This document shows positions 13,061 through 43,344 of a stretch of DNA of 64,000 bases, piece after piece (the stretch's first letter is position 1; each line of letters starts with the position of its first letter). Below the pieces are notes generated by a model, which was not told the DNA's origin, did no database searches, and saw nothing but the letters and a program-made list of their open reading frames with translations. Position numbers and translations under genes: made by a program. The DNA is from Amoebidium appalachense (taxonomy: Eukaryota > Protista > Ichthyosporea). The DNA lies in contig CAVNZM010000010.1 in the NCBI GenBank assembly GCA_963693365.1, forward strand, positions 7,627,794 through 7,691,793, in the 5' to 3' direction.

Positions 13061-16000
13061 CTATGCAGATGCCTGTGCGAGCTTCTCGCGCTTGTCAACC
13101 AGTGCCTGCACCACTGCGGGGTCGTTCAGGGTGCTGATGTCACCAAGATCGCTGTACTCCCGTGCTGCAACCTTACGCAGAATTCTGCGCATAATCTTAC
13201 CAGATCGCGTCTTGGGGAGATCGTGGTGGATCAGAATACCATCGGGGGCAGCAAAGCCACCGATCTGATCGCGGATCGATTTGCGGAGCTCCTTCATCAA
13301 AGCCTCCTCATCGACCTTTCCTGATTGGTCGGCCATCAGGGTGACGTAAGCAAACACGGCCTGGCCCTTGATCTCGTGGTTGATGCCGATCACAGCTGCC
13401 TCGGCAACAGCTGGGTGCGCATCGAGCCTGCATAGAGATGACGGGGTCAGCTTATAATTGTGTGAGGTGGGGCCGGGGAGGGAGTGGGGGGGTGAGGTGG
13501 GGCGGGAGCGGAGGGGGGGAGGGGAGGGAGGGGGGATAAGGAGATGGTAGAGGGGTAAGGGCGCACAGAGAGAAGAAACAAGGCACAGAGTGACAAGAAG
13601 CAAGGATGATGGTGGGGCAAAAGGTATCCAGGGCATGATGTTTCTACGCAAAAGCTCATGTGCGCATGTAAGTGTGGTGTGCACAAGGAAGCACGCATGT
13701 GCGCGTGTAAGTGTGGTGTGCACAAGGAAGCACGCGGGGGGAGGGGAGGGGGAGGTACATACAGAGCCTCAATCTCGGCAGTGCCAATGCGGTGGCCCGA
13801 CACGTTGATGACGTCATCCACACGGCCGGTGATCCAGATGTGGCCATCGGCATCACGGCGGGCACCGTCACCCGTGTAGTAATAGCCGGGGAACGGCTTG
13901 AGGTACGTCTCAACATAGCGCTGAAGGGTAAAAGCAATGGTCAGTGGCCCGTTGTTATGGTATGTGCGTGTATGTATATGCCTGTGTGGTGTGGTGGTGT
14001 TGGGGGAGGGGGGTCACAGGTGCAGACTGAGGGTGGTAGGGTAGATGCACGCGTGGATATGCCCCAGTCTGCCGTGGATATGCCCAAGTGTGTGTGTGGT
14101 GTGTGTGTTTGTGAAGGGGGGTGGGGGTGGGGGGGAACTAAGGGTATGGGCTTAGGGACAGATGGTATGTGTGGTGTTTGTGCTTGCATGTGTGCGGTGA
14201 TAACGAAGGGTAGACCACGTGATGTGGATCCACGTGTAACTGTGCACGTGTGTGGGGGCTACATACTCTGTGGTGGCCGTAGATGGTGCGGGCCATGCCT
14301 GGGGGCACCTGCTTGAGGGCCAGGATGCCCATCTTGTCGTTGCCCTCGATCTCCTGCCCGTTGCCGTCCAGCAGCACAGGGTTAACCCCAAAGAATGGCC
14401 GCATGGCTGCCCCGGGCTTGAGATCGCGATCGCCAGCAAACGGGGTGATCATAGCGCCACCGGTCTCCGTCTGCCACCACGTATCCACAATGGTGCACTT
14501 GTTCTTGCCTACCACCTCGTTGTACCAGTGCCAGGCCTCGGGGTTGATGGGCTCACCCACAGATCCCAACACACGCAGGGAGGAGAGGTCGTACTTGTTA
14601 ACCCACTCATTACCCTTCTGGATAAGCATGCGGATGGCGGTGGGGGAGGAGTAGAACTGTGTGATACCCAGTTTCTCAACTGTCTCCCAGTAGCGTGATG
14701 GGTTGGGGTAGGTGGGGGTGGGCTCGAAGAGAACGGTGGTGGCGCCGTTCATCAGGGGGCCGTAGACGATGTAAGAGTGGCCGGTGATCCAGCCAATATC
14801 GGCCACACAGGCGTGGATGTCGCCGTCACGGTAGTCAAACACGTGCTTGTGGGTGAGGGCCGTGTACAGAAGATAGCCGGCCGTGGAGTGGGCCAGACCC
14901 TTGGGGGTGCCTGTGGACCCGGAGGTGTAGAGGAGGAACAGGAGGTCCTCGGCGGACATCACCTCGGCCGGGGAAAACGGGCGCGACTGAAGGGGAAAGA
15001 GGATTAAAACACGTTTCCCAAAAGGGTGCAGCGAGGAGGGGTGTATGTGTTTGTGTCTGTGTGGTGCAGCGAGGAGGGGTGTATGTGTTTGGGGGGGGGG
15101 GGGTTTACACAAGAGGCTGCCAAAGGCGTGGGTGTGGATTTGTTTGGAGGGGAAGGGGATGGCGGAAGGGGGGGGGGAGGTGGTGGAGTCGGACATCCGA
15201 GCTGAGACATTTTTGTATGCCTGGGTGTGTGTGGCGGTGGTTGGGGGGGGGGGAGGGGGAAATACGAAAGGAAGGAGCTGAGAGAAAGTAGTGCAGGGAG
15301 ATTTATCCAGTGGCATGTGCTGGTGGGGAGGGGGGAGGGCAGGAGAGAGAGAGGGGGAGGGAGGAGGGTGAAGCAGGAAATGTAATGGCTTTGCCGGGTG
15401 CTTCCAGGTACTACTAAGATCTACATGCTTTTGTTGTGGTGGAGTTTTGCAAGATGGGGAAGGGGAATGCAGGCTGAAAGAAAACAGTGGGAGGGGGGAT
15501 TAGTAGGTGTAAATCTGTGTGTTCGTGTAGAGGGCAAGAGCGTCGGCGGCGGAGGGGGGGGGGGGGGGGGGGACAGAGGTCAAGGAGCACATACATCGGC
15601 CATCTCGGCAGTCAGGTTGATGTCGCGGCCGACCTTCATGGGCACCTCGTTGCCTGTGCGCTGGGCCACAAGCACGTTCTGCACAGTGGGGCAGTTGCGG
15701 ATGGCCTCATCCACCGTGCGCTTGAGCTCAATCACCTTGCCCCCGCGCAGACCTTGGTCGGCCGTGATCACGTGGGTGGACTTGGCGTCGTTGATGCGGC
15801 TAGCCAGACCCTCAGCACTGAAGCCAGCAAAGACAACACTGTGCACGGCACCCAGACGGGCACAGGCAAGCATAGCGTAGATGGCCTCGGGCATCATGGG
15901 CATGTAGATGGTCACTACGTCGTACTTGCGCACACCAGCACGGCGCAGAGTGTTTGCCATCTTGCAGACCTCAGCGTGCAGCTTGTGGTAGGTGATGAAC

Positions 16001-17314
16001 TCGGTCTGGCCCGGCTCGTCCTTCTCCCAGATGACGGCCACCTGGTCGGCCTTGGTCTTGAGGTGTGCATCCACGCAGTTGACTGCAGAGAGCAATCCAG
16101 TCAATAAATAACACGTGCCTCTCTCATTCTTCTTCCCCGAACCCCTTCACACACGACCCCCCCCCCCTCCCCCCTCTGCCCACGCATACACCACGACCGC
16201 CACACACACAACCTCCACCCCCCCCCCCCCCCCGGCCTCCGCACCCCTTAGCTCACTACCGTTTTGCATTCTCTCCTACGGCCCACCCTTCCCCATCCAC
16301 TTGCCATACCTTCGTCAAATCCCCTCATCCAATCTCACCCATTCCCAGCTCCCCCTCCATCCAACCCCAACAGGCACACAACTGACCTGATGCATTCAGG
16401 CGGCCACCCATGAACCACTGGATGGCACCCTCCTCCAGATTGCTGCCGTTAATCTGCACAGCTACAAGTCAGCATGTGGTAATAGGGGCCCTGCAAACGG
16501 GGTGGGGTTGGGGTGTGGGGTGTGGGGGGGGGGAGGGGGTGCAACCGGATGCTATCGGTATGTATTCTTGGTGTGCGTGTGTGTGTGTGTGTTTGGGGGG
16601 GGGGGGGGGGGGGGGGAAGGGGGGGAGGGGGCAAAGGCGAGGATAGAAAACTGTTAATAGGAGCAGAGGGCACGTACGAAGTCGTAGGGGCGCTCCCACG
16701 TGAGCACCCTCTGGGCCATTTCGTCCCAGAAGCCGTTGGGATCCTCAATACTGCGCCGATACATGGCTCTGTACGCACGGCTGCCCCCTGTACAAAACCC
16801 AAAGTCAGTAAATACTTTTACTGAGTGTTTATGTGGTGGAAAGAACAATTCACTTTGCGGTTGGAAACATTTGCAAGAAGAGAAATCAATACGAGGGTTG
16901 CTTAGGTAGCACCTGTCAAAGAAAAGGCTCAGGAGAATTCCCATAGCAACAGTAACGGCGTTTTTTACGTACCATTGATCCTGATGGGCTCGTTTGACTG
17001 CGGCTGCATGAAAAGCAGGTTGGGCCTGGACGTTGAGAACTTGGCATTCTCTGCAAAGTGAAGGGGCACCTTTAGAGTTTTAAAAGTTGAAAATGAAAAA
17101 GAACGTGTGCAAGCAGTGTAATGTGGCATGAAGCAAAAAAAGCAAATTCAAGGACTACTCACGAGCAAAACAACACCACAGGGCAAACTTGTGAAGCTGT
17201 AAATACTTGGAAACCTTAGGACAACCAAGCGGGAAACATACGGGCAAGAGAAGGGGCGGCCCTGGCGCGCGTAAAGCGGGCAGCGGAGCCCAGAGCTCGT
17301 GACAACACGGTCAT
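13061..17314 (-). CDS. ACS: Acetyl-CoA synthetase (AMP-forming), probably mitochondrial, ~686 aa, 8 exons
   Basis: Exons 17314-17242, 17050-16973, 16787-16678, 16453-16387, 16082-15595, 14986-14267, 13920-13763 and 13427-13061, all GT-AG and in frame. Motifs: [73 protein letters not shown]. The N-terminus is Arg/Ala/Ser-rich and lacks acidic residues, like a presequence ([21 protein letters not shown]). Confidence 0.95.
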
Positions 17315-18174
17315 TTTTGGTGGGAGAATCAAAATACCGAACCCACACGGATGCTACGAACTCTGACCACATGACTGAATAGGCGAGGGAGGATTTTATA
17401 TACCTGACCGGTGAGCCGTCAGATGTCACATTGTTATAGTGATATATAACCAATAGGAAAGACTTGAAGCACAACTATTGAAAGCTTCAAATGCCAAGTG
17501 ATCAGTTCATTAGGGTGGCACTGGCAGCAAGCAAAAAAAAATAGCTCCAATAATTTTCGCTTGTATATTAAACAGTTTCTGCTATTTTTTGGCCGGTGTA
17601 ATTTATAATCATAACCCAAAAGAAGCTTTCCATACATGTTGCTTCCTTGTTGCCGCATACCTAGCCAATCAGTCGCCGAGCAACACACACCGACTTTGGA
17701 TTGGAAAAAGCCACTTGCCATCAAACTGAGCAATGGCCATCTGGGAGCATCAGCTTGAGTACCAACTGCAGTGCTTTCCGCCAAGCTCATGCATATGGAT
17801 AGTTGCAAATATGGATACCTTAATGCTTTGTAACACGCATCATATTACATTTATTTTTCTATATACTCTGTGTTTCCCTCTGACCCGGCAAAGGTTTGCG
17901 AAAGAGCACACCTGTGGGCCAAATTATAATTATCATTATGTACTGCTGTAGCACGCGTGAGCCTCAGCGAATTCGAAGTGACATAAGATACCCTTCAAAA
18001 GACTCGATATCGTTTTCGAAGACTATATTGCTAATTTTTAACAGAAAAGGTGAGGGAAATTGTTTTTATAGAGATCCGAAAATATTGCATTTATTTTATG
18101 TTTTTTGGGCGAAAACTGCTGAGTCATGTGATGTAAGATTATTCCCATTAGGAAGTTCAAAATAGAATACGTTT

Positions 18175-18306
18175 CTATTGGCTTAACCATCCAACCAATC
18201 AAGCCATTGTGATCACTCTAAGATTTCCTATTGGTTCATTCCACGAGATCCGGAATTCGATGAACGGAACTCCGATTGGACAGTCATAGAATAGGTGGAG
18301 CCAATC
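18175..18306. promoter_or_regulatory. Cluster of five CCAAT/ATTGG boxes between the divergent ACS and PAM17 genes
   Basis: ATTGG at ~18177, ~18230 and ~18275; CCAAT at ~18195 and 18301, all within ~130 bp. Confidence 0.5.
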
Positions 18307-18393
18307 ATCGTGTGATTTTGCAGTTTTACAACTTTTTCAAGTTGGCTCTTTTGTGTCGGGAGATTCGGGACGCGGGGACCAGACCGGGGAGTT

Positions 18394-18426
<33 letters not shown>

Positions 18427-20251
18427 TATACTAGTTTTTGTTTGTTTGTAGGCTAAGGCCTTCGTGTACACAAGGCTCGTGGTTTTATGCAATGAAATAC
18501 GAATACATATAGTAGCCGCCCCGGAGTGAGCCTGACCCAGCAATCACGAGTAGTGCTGTTGTCACAGCTGTTGCGTAGGCGTGTCAAGCTTCTGAAACAA
18601 GTGTAAAGCGGCGAGAGAACGATCTTTGAATCCGCCATCAACAGTCATGAGTTGAATGAATTCTTTCAGGGTTTAAGGTGTTGTTCTAACTGAACTAACT
18701 GAATGTTGAGCTCGGCATTATCCGGAGCAACACAGGCGGTTGCCAGGCTGGATCTCACTTCTGTACATGATTTCTTCTCGGGCCGGGATATGCTTGCAAT
18801 AACACGTATATATGCCTAGTCTTCCAACTCTTCCGAGCCTGCCTGTAAGTTGAATCTCCTTAGGGATTGTTTGGGTGACCAGTATTTCTTAACTTGGGCT
18901 ATTATTACCTCAATTTCACTTCTCGGAAAACATTGTGCACGGTGTCTTGTAACAGACACACAAGGCCAGCGACCGCACACACACTCTCTCTTCTGCTTCA
19001 CTATAGGTCAGAATGCCTACTGTAACACCAGCTAAACACATTCTTGCCACATGAAGCCAGATTTCTGCACTTTGCAATTACTTATTAAAACACCACCTCC
19101 GTAGCTCTGACCGTGCAGCGAGAGATGGGGTGGTGGTGGGTTGGTGGGGACGGGACCGGGGGAGGGAAGGGGGGGGGGAGTTAGGGTAAATAATGGGGTA
19201 AAGCAGAGTGAAGCGCAGGGTCCGTTTGAACTCTCGGTGATTGCCGCAAACGCTGGTGTTACCTCCTTGAGGCCAATTGCCAGGAGTCCTTCCCCCCCTC
19301 CCCCCACCCCTTCCCTTCCCCCCCGATGACTCGAATATAAGGGTGGGTGTGGGCTTTATACGGCCGCAAAGTCCTATTCGAACGGGGGGGGGGGGGGGGG
19401 GGCTTGTTCAGATCTAGAGAAAGCACGTCAGGTCCTCGGCCTGGGTTGCCGGCATATACTTGTTGCAAGCAACGGAGCCAGCGGAAAGCTCGGTGTGGCA
19501 CGGGGCAACGGGGACCCGCCTGGAAGGTGCACTTGGCATACGGGGCCCGGACTCGTGGGGCAGCATATTGCCAGCATTGTACATGCCCGTACGTCACGTC
19601 CCGAGAAAGGGGGCATTCCATGGGAAGTACACTTTCAGGGAAATGCAGTTCTTGCTATAATAGGCAGGGTAAGACAATGGTTACACAACGTGAGCTTACG
19701 AAGTGGCTGACAGTGCTAGCGCTGCAAAACTAGGCATGCTTTATGCCGGGAAAACAGCAGAAACGATGCGCGTGTCCGTTTCGTTCTGCCATGCACGTCT
19801 CCTTCTTCTTGATATGTTAGCCTCTGAGAGCAGCTCATGAAGGATTACGCAATCGGTGCGGTAGTCTAGTTTGACGCAATCTGCCAGCGTATCCGGACAA
19901 ACCAAGCTTATGATGTACCAGATTACAGGACTGCATGATGACGTTATTAGCATCAGACTGAACTTTCATGTGCGCACTTGCAATTGCTGGGGAGCTCTCA
20001 GTCACACCGCACCGTGGTGAAGCAGAAGCCTCCGGACCCACGTACAACGGCATCACTGTTTCATGTCTGTGCGCCACACTTGCTGATACGAAGTCACGTA
20101 TTAGGTCTAGTCACAAGACAGCCACAGTGATTTTGCCACAATCACACTCCTATACGCACTCTACCACCGACGTTCCATTCACCAGCTTTCTATATTTTTT
20201 TTTCAGGGTTTCGTACACACACCCCACAATAATTTTAAAGCGACAGTAAAA

Positions 20252-24605
<4,354 letters not shown>

Positions 24606-25473
24606 GCACACGGGAAGCCTTAGGGGAGGGTGTTTGGGGGAAGGTAGTGGTACCGGTGCGGGGGGGGGGGGGGGGGGGGGGAATATGTTCATTTAGGTAT
24701 GTGCAGGCCATGAAGTACGGAAAGAAAGTGCAGAAAGACTGTGGTTAGAGAGTTGGGGAATTAGTGTATTGTAGTACGTAGGCTTGGCCGTCCACTTTCA
24801 TGACCTGTGATGTGAAATGGAGACTATAACATCCGAGACTTCCGTGCCGTAAGAGTCAACTATGCACTGCACTTGCCCGGCCCCCTTTTTCTCCCTAACT
24901 CCCTCCTTGGCCTGCATCTATCAACCCTTGTAAAAGCAAGTCACATGTGCCAGTGTGCTTGCCGGATTCACGTTCTACACGGAGAGGACACACATATTTA
25001 CATGTGTAATATGCAGCATGACTACAATGTTGTGCATAGGTGCATGAGTGGCCTTCGCCTGCATCCGACACACAGCGTAGGAAGTTTGAACTGCCATTGG
25101 CAATTTTGTTGTGTTTGCCTACAGCGCATTGCGCGTGGCACGTATTAGGGCACCATGACCTTTTATGTACAGGTGCGGTGCCACACAAGTCTTAGATAGA
25201 CTACGGCAGTACTGTGTATTGCCAACCATTATAAAAACCAAAAAACAATGTCCTTACAATCGTGCATGGTACGTACAACCTGGTACTGGATCAACTTGGC
25301 TGTTTGTTCATTACAACCATGTGTTATAACCTTCCAAGTGGCTGATTCAGATGTACATATTCACTTCCCCTCACCATTCATTCCATCTTCGAGTAAACGA
25401 TACTACTATCATTCGAATTAATGCTTACATTTACGCTAATACCATAAGCTAACACGTCAATCTTCGGACCAGA

Positions 25474-25504
<31 letters not shown>

Positions 25505-25711
25505 TCTTCTGGGCTGATCATGACGCAGCATGACCAAAAGGGGGAAAAAAAGGGGGGGAGGGGATAAGGGGAACCAAGGATTGGGAAAAACAAACGAACA
25601 CAAACAAGGATATGATACCAGCAATCAAGGCAAAGGTCAACGAATCGTTAATACAAAGGGCCATTCGTACGAATTCATTACCCCCCTCCGTTCGTGCATA
25701 CACTATCATAA

Positions 25712-30096
<4,385 letters not shown>

Positions 30097-30289
30097 CGTG
30101 CCTGCTCTGCCCAAAACTATGTCAAACCACCCTGAGTTTCTGTTTTGTCCAAATCTGACGGCAAAAGAGCCTACTGCTGAAGTGTTTACTCAAACACGCG
30201 AGAGGGATCACTCGGAGAAAAAACCGGAAACACTTGTAAGTAACATCATAAGTGTACGTTGGAAGGAATCGAAACTCCGCCGCGCCAGC

Positions 30290-30441
30290 CAGTGCACGTG
30301 ACGTCACGTGACGTCACTTCATTTCTACTGTTACGTAACTTTCCATAAAAGGCTATAACGCTGCAGGAAAAGCATCGTGCTTAGCAAGCTGAGCAGAGGC
30401 AAAGGCCCCAGCCTGCCCTAAGACGTTACGCGAGCCTTCAA

Positions 30442-30472
<31 letters not shown>

Positions 30473-30680
30473 TAAATATTTTATTTTGTCTCCATAAAGC
30501 GCACATCCATGGCATAAATAACTGTTGATCACGGCCCTAGCCGGCCTGATGTCACGGCCCACGCTCCGGGAAAATCATTGATTTCAGAAATAGCAGCCAA
30601 TCATAAAGCGCTACGCTTGTACTTCGCCCAATCATCAGGCGCTTCATTGTCGTTGTGGCTCACTCTGACGTCACATGGCG
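30290..30680. promoter_or_regulatory. Bidirectional promoter UXT/SDR with overlapping E-box/CRE palindromes and CCAAT boxes
   Basis: GTGCACGTGACGTCACGTGACGTCAC (30292-30317), AGCCAATCA (30595-30603), CCCAATCA (~30627), TGACGTCA (30666-30673). Confidence 0.6.
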
Positions 30681-30852
30681 ACCTTCTCAAAGTCACTTTT
30701 TTTTTTTCCCCGCCGGGCTGCAGCTGAGCCGTTTCAAAACAGAGTTCAGTTTTCAGTGGCAGGCTGATTTCAAGCTACATGTACACGAAGCTCAATAGCA
30801 CACATACTCGCCCTATACTTTTGTGGTAGCATTTTTTGCAAAAACAGAAAAA

Positions 30853-38093
<7,241 letters not shown>

Positions 38094-39171
38094 GCTATGT
38101 TAAGGCTTAATTAATGAGCGAGGATGAGGGCAGATTTGATTGGCAGGGGATGCGGGTTAGAATGCCGCAGATACAGAGTTTGCGAACTGTCAGTTTGAGT
38201 TGAGGTGTGTGCATGTGTAGGAGTGTGCCATGCCATCCCATATTTGAGCTTGGTTTGTTGTATAGCAGATGTGTAAAAGGCTGCTGGGCAGCCAATAAAG
38301 TCACATATTTTCATGAATTGGCTCGGAATCTAGGGTGGCCATATTCACTGTATGCATACCATCGTCAACATCCTGCTCACCCTGTGCACCGCAAACTTTG
38401 GTGTTTCTCAATTTAAACACCTCAGTAAGGCAAACGCCTAAAGGCGATCGTCAATTATAAGCAAACCGAATCACTGCAATCGATATCGGGGCCTTCAGAA
38501 ACATAAAGGTCATACAGAGTAATGCACTGACTTCAAAATGACGTAGCATCAACGTCATGCTTCCATTGCGCCGAGAAATGCCGACTTAGACCCCGAGGTC
38601 CGACCCCACAAACCCGCCCAGTCCATAATGTCGCTCTCCATAGCCTAACATTTTCCTGCACGAAAAAACCATACATCATAGTGGTGGTGGTTCGCAAGTG
38701 ATGTGTGGTGTTTACACAACTCACTGCCTGCGCCGAAGTTTTGCCACGTGCAACCTACTAACACTTGAGGCCGTGTTTATGTCACACACACCACTGCGAA
38801 ACAGGTGTGTCTCCTATACAATTCACGAGAGAAAAGAGAGGAAACGAGAAAAAGGAGAACCGAGTACGTGAGAGAGAGAAAAAGAAGAAGGAAGAAAGTC
38901 GGCCGAAAGAAAGGTATATATACATCACAGCTTTCCAAACTGCTGTACAAAACCTTGTAAAAATTATTAACAAACTCAATCTTGACGGCACAAAAACTGC
39001 GTGTACTAAAACAAGGAGAAGATATCGTGTCAACCTGCATCGAGTCCTGTTAGATGGAAGTAGACCCGATCCGAAGGGGAGAGGGTCGAGGGGAGAGGGT
39101 CGAGGGGAGAAGGGGGGGGGGGGGGGGGGGGGGGGACTGAAGCGAGGAAACGGAGAGACTGATTAGGAGTC

Positions 39172-41986
39172 TTAGCCAATCACATGCAACCGCCCATGTG
39201 CGGATTCGATCAAATCAGTCACAGCCGCTGGGGTCACCCGCACACAGCCCCTGACATCCAATCGGGTGAGGTGAGGCATGCCAGCCAATAGGGAGAGCCC
39301 ATTGTCGGTCACGTGACGCAGGCCACTCAGCCCAAGTAATTGCAGCTGGGTGAGCCCGGCAAGGGTCTGTGTGTGTGGGATTGTTACTACCGAGTGGTGC
39401 GTGTGTTTGTGCATGTGTGCACGCGCATGTGTGTGAGGGGAAGGGGGGGAGGGGGGGGGGGGGGGGGGGGGAGAGGGGGGGAGGGGGGGGGGGTGAGGGG
39501 GGGGGGGGGGGGGGAAGGCAATGTCATGCTTGTTCGTGCAGAGGCAAATAGAAAGTCCATGAAACCGTCTTCTTGTGTGAGCGTTTTGGGGGTTGGTATG
39601 TAGTGAGTGCTCTTGTTCGGAAAACTTCCGGGGGGGGGGGGGGGGGGGGGGATTGAGGAAGGGGGGAGGAGGGGGTGAGGGGGATCAGACAGGGGAGCGG
39701 GTGTAAGGGCGCTCAGGTATGCTCTAGGATAAGGGTGGGAGAGGAAACGAAATGGGGGAATAGGGGGGGGGGGGGGGGGGGGGGGGGGGGAAGGGGAAGA
39801 CTCCTTTGGCCTTTGGGGGAAATTGAAACGGAACAAGAGGGGTATCCTTTGTCTAATCGAGCTAATCGAGGGGAGAGATGGTGAATAGCAGATATCACAG
39901 TATTTGAAGGGTGGATCTAGTGAAAGATAATGGCCACAGATACGCAGTTGTGCCATGTGTTTGTGTTTTCAAGGGCACCTACGGGCATGGTTGCATCGGT
40001 CAGGCGGAAGCAGCCATCCAGGAGCAGCAGCCTCAGGGCCGTGAGGGGGGCCAGGCCCATGATGGTGGTGTCACACAGCCGCACACAGCCAGACAGCACC
40101 AGTGTGTGCAGGGTGCATGATAACTGGCCAATCAGCATCAGACCATGGCCATTCACGTGAAGAAGGTCCACAAGTCTGTGAATCATACGTGACGGGAATG
40201 GGTTGGGTTGGGCGTGTAGGTTGGATGAGCCGGTGGTAAAGGGGGGCGGGGGAGGGGGGGGGGGAGGGGGTTGATTTCTGCGGTTGGAAGATGAACGCAA
40301 CGGGGTTGGAGCAGGGGTTCTTGCTGGTAATACATCGACCAACCGAGGGGGGGGGAGGGGGGAGGGGAGAGAGGGGGAGGGGCAGGGGGTACGGCGGAGT
40401 AAGATACGAATTTGCAAAGAAGCAAGGTGGGGAATATTGAGAAAGGCAGAAGTGGTAAAAACAGGGAAAGCACTTGGAGAAGAATGAAAGAAAGGGCTTG
40501 TGCGTAATGTCTCTCTCTCCCCCCCCCCCCCCCCCCCCCTTCTCACTCTCTGTTCCTCTCTCTCTTTAGCTCACCAACACACCCACACACACACGGGGCG
40601 GGGTGCACTTGGCCACACATATGTCCCCGTGTGTGTGTCAGCACGCACGCACGCACGCCTGTTTGTGTGTGTGTGGCATCATGTGCACATGTTACTAAAG
40701 ACTAAAACGCGGAGAGGTCAGAATGGGTTTTGTCAAAGAAGAGAGTGGGAAATGTGGGAGGCTCGGCACAACGGGGGGGAAGAATCTGGATGGGGTCGGG
40801 TAGGGGTTACAGAGGCTTAACCAAACAAATATACACGTAGACGGGTTTGAGCAACCGAGCAATCTTTTGTTTGGGCAGGCAGGCACCAGGGTGAGGCCGG
40901 GGGGGACAGGGTGGACGGAAGCGGGGGTTGGGGGGGGGGGGGGGGGGGGGGGGAAGGGGGGAGGTTAAGAGACCAGAAGGTGTGCATACGCCGGAGAGTT
41001 CTTAGCAAACTACACTCGCGATCGTTTGCAGGAAATGACAACGTCCGGGGATCTGGATCTTCAACTTAAAAATTCACCAGCCTCCACCTCCCCCTTCCCC
41101 TTTCCCCCCTCCCCCCCCCCCCCCCCCCCCCTCTCTCTCTCTCTCTCTTTTGGTTGTTTATTTTTATTCTCATAAAACCTGCCATTTGGTGTTGTGGGGT
41201 TTGGGCGGCAAGATGGGTCAGGAGATCTGTTCTGTACGCACGCATCCCTGCCATGTGCAAAAAGTCCGTGCACTCTACTTCTTGTTCACAAACTCACCTC
41301 AGCTGCTCCAACGGCAGGGCCGCGAAAAAGCGCAAACTCCAGTCAGTTAAACAAAAACAAGCTTTGACCTCCAACACCCGCAGACGAACACACCTACCCA
41401 CCCCCTCCCCAGTTATGTTGTGGCAATTGTCTATGCTGAGCTCCGTTAAAGACTTGAGTGCGGTAACAGCACGTCCGAGATCCTCATCCGTTAGGGTGAA
41501 ACAGTCGCTGATGCTTACTCTGCGGATGTTTGAAAACAAACCCACGGCTAAGAACAGTAGTCGGGCAGGTGATGGATAGTGGGTGCACTCCTGGGACTCA
41601 TGGGAATCCTGCCCCTTGAAACCGGTGCTTGTTCTGTTGCCAAGTAGATTGGTCGGCAAAACATCTGTGATGCCCATCGCTTTTCTGTCCAATATTTCTG
41701 CCATTTCCTGTCGCTGCATAGTTTGGCTGTGTTTCAAACTGTTAACCTGCTCGCTCCTCCCATCTGCTCTGTGCAACACACCATGGCATGCTTTCACCCC
41801 AACATCTGACAAACGCAAATCTTGACGTGCGATCACTGCCACCGTCCTAAGGTGGCGGCATGTGTGACACAGTGCTAGTGACGCGGTCTGGTCTGTGTAT
41901 AGAACGATCAGGGTGAGTAGTTCCCAGGGTAGAGTGAGGAGTGGGGCGGTCTGAACGACCGGTGGTGGTGGTGCTACGCTAGACAT
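39172..41986 (-). CDS. F-box / leucine-rich repeat (FBXL-like) protein, ~358 aa, 3 exons
   Basis: Exons 41986-41298, 40175-39983 and 39366-39172 are in frame. F-box: LLTLPWELLTLIVLY...SLALCHTCRHLR. Cys-containing LRRs: LTELSIDNCHNITGEG, LHTLVLSGCVRLCD, LRLLLLDGCFRLTD, LTRLDVRGCVRVT. Confidence 0.85.
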
Positions 41987-42179
41987 ACTCGTTGCTCCTC
42001 GCCCAAACCCGTTTACTGTCCCGTCTAGATCTGCTGCGCGTGCAAACTAAAGGAGCTATTACTGTGTGACCTGAACATCAAAATAAGCTCGCAAGAAGCA
42101 CAGCTCGGAAGAAGAAAATAAAGTGGACTCCCCAGTGGACTTCACATGGACAGCTACAACTGTAGTACTGTGTCAGCGA

Positions 42180-42275
42180 ACGGCCCAGGCCCGGGCCCGG
42201 CGTAAACAGTGGTGACGTAGCTGGTGACGTAGCAGCCAATCAGTTCGGCGTGGCTCATAGTGACGTCACGACTTC
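42180..42275. promoter_or_regulatory. Putative bidirectional promoter between the F-box/LRR gene and the unrecognised gene
   Basis: GGTGACGTAGC twice, TAGCAGCCAATCA (42230-42242), TGACGTCA (42261-42268) and GC-rich GGCCC boxes. Confidence 0.55.
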
Positions 42276-42453
42276 CAGTGGCTCACGGGTGAGCCAAGTT
42301 GGTTGGAACTTAGCAGGAGCTGTTGTCAGGCTCAGGCTGCGCTAGGCTGCTGGCTGCGCTGGCTGCGCGAGCTGTGTAGGTACGTGTGTGCGCGGCGCAC
42401 TGCGCGCGCGAGTGTTTTTTTTGTGTGTGTGCGTGTGCGTGTGCGTGTGTGTT

Positions 42454-42542
<89 letters not shown>

Positions 42543-42889
42543 GTATTGTGACCAGAAAGAAAACAAATTCGAAGTTATCCTATTTTAGAAAAGCGATTTT
42601 TTTAATGTGCGCATGCGGGGTTGCGCCTGCTTTGTATCGTGGCATTGCGTCTTTATTGGCCTGTGGCTTATTATTGCGAGGGTAGGCGTGTGCTGTTCAC
42701 TGATTCCTATGCCCGGCGGAGGACCCCCGTTGGGGGGGGTGAGGGGGTTACAAAGGAGAGGAGGCAGGAGGTAGGGGGAGGGGCAGAGAAGGAAAGAGGG
42801 AGCTCGAGGGAGAGGGAGAGGGAGAGGGAGAGGGAGAACGTGAGGGAGCAAAAGGGAGAGAGAGGAAGAGGGAAGGGCAGGAGAGCGGG

Positions 42890-43085
<196 letters not shown>

Positions 43086-43282
43086 GGGGAATTTCGAAGA
43101 GAGGGAGAAGGAGAGCTGAGCAGCTGCCAGAGAGAGATGTGAGCTCGAGTGAGAGAAAGGGGGGGCGGGCAAAGGGGCGGGGGGGGGGGGGGGGGGGGGG
43201 GGGGGGGATGAGAGAGAATGGTATCCTGCGAGGTCCCAGAGTCATACTACTCCCCTGTTTTTTTTTTTGTTTGTTTGTTTTT

Positions 43283-43344
<62 letters not shown>

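Noticed and set aside
40960-41297. Possible extra exons or a 23-nt mini-intron in F-box intron 1
   Set aside because: The direct splice 41298 to 40175 gives a clean LRR (LEQLRLVDLLHVNGHGL). The alternatives give non-LRR sequence or stops.
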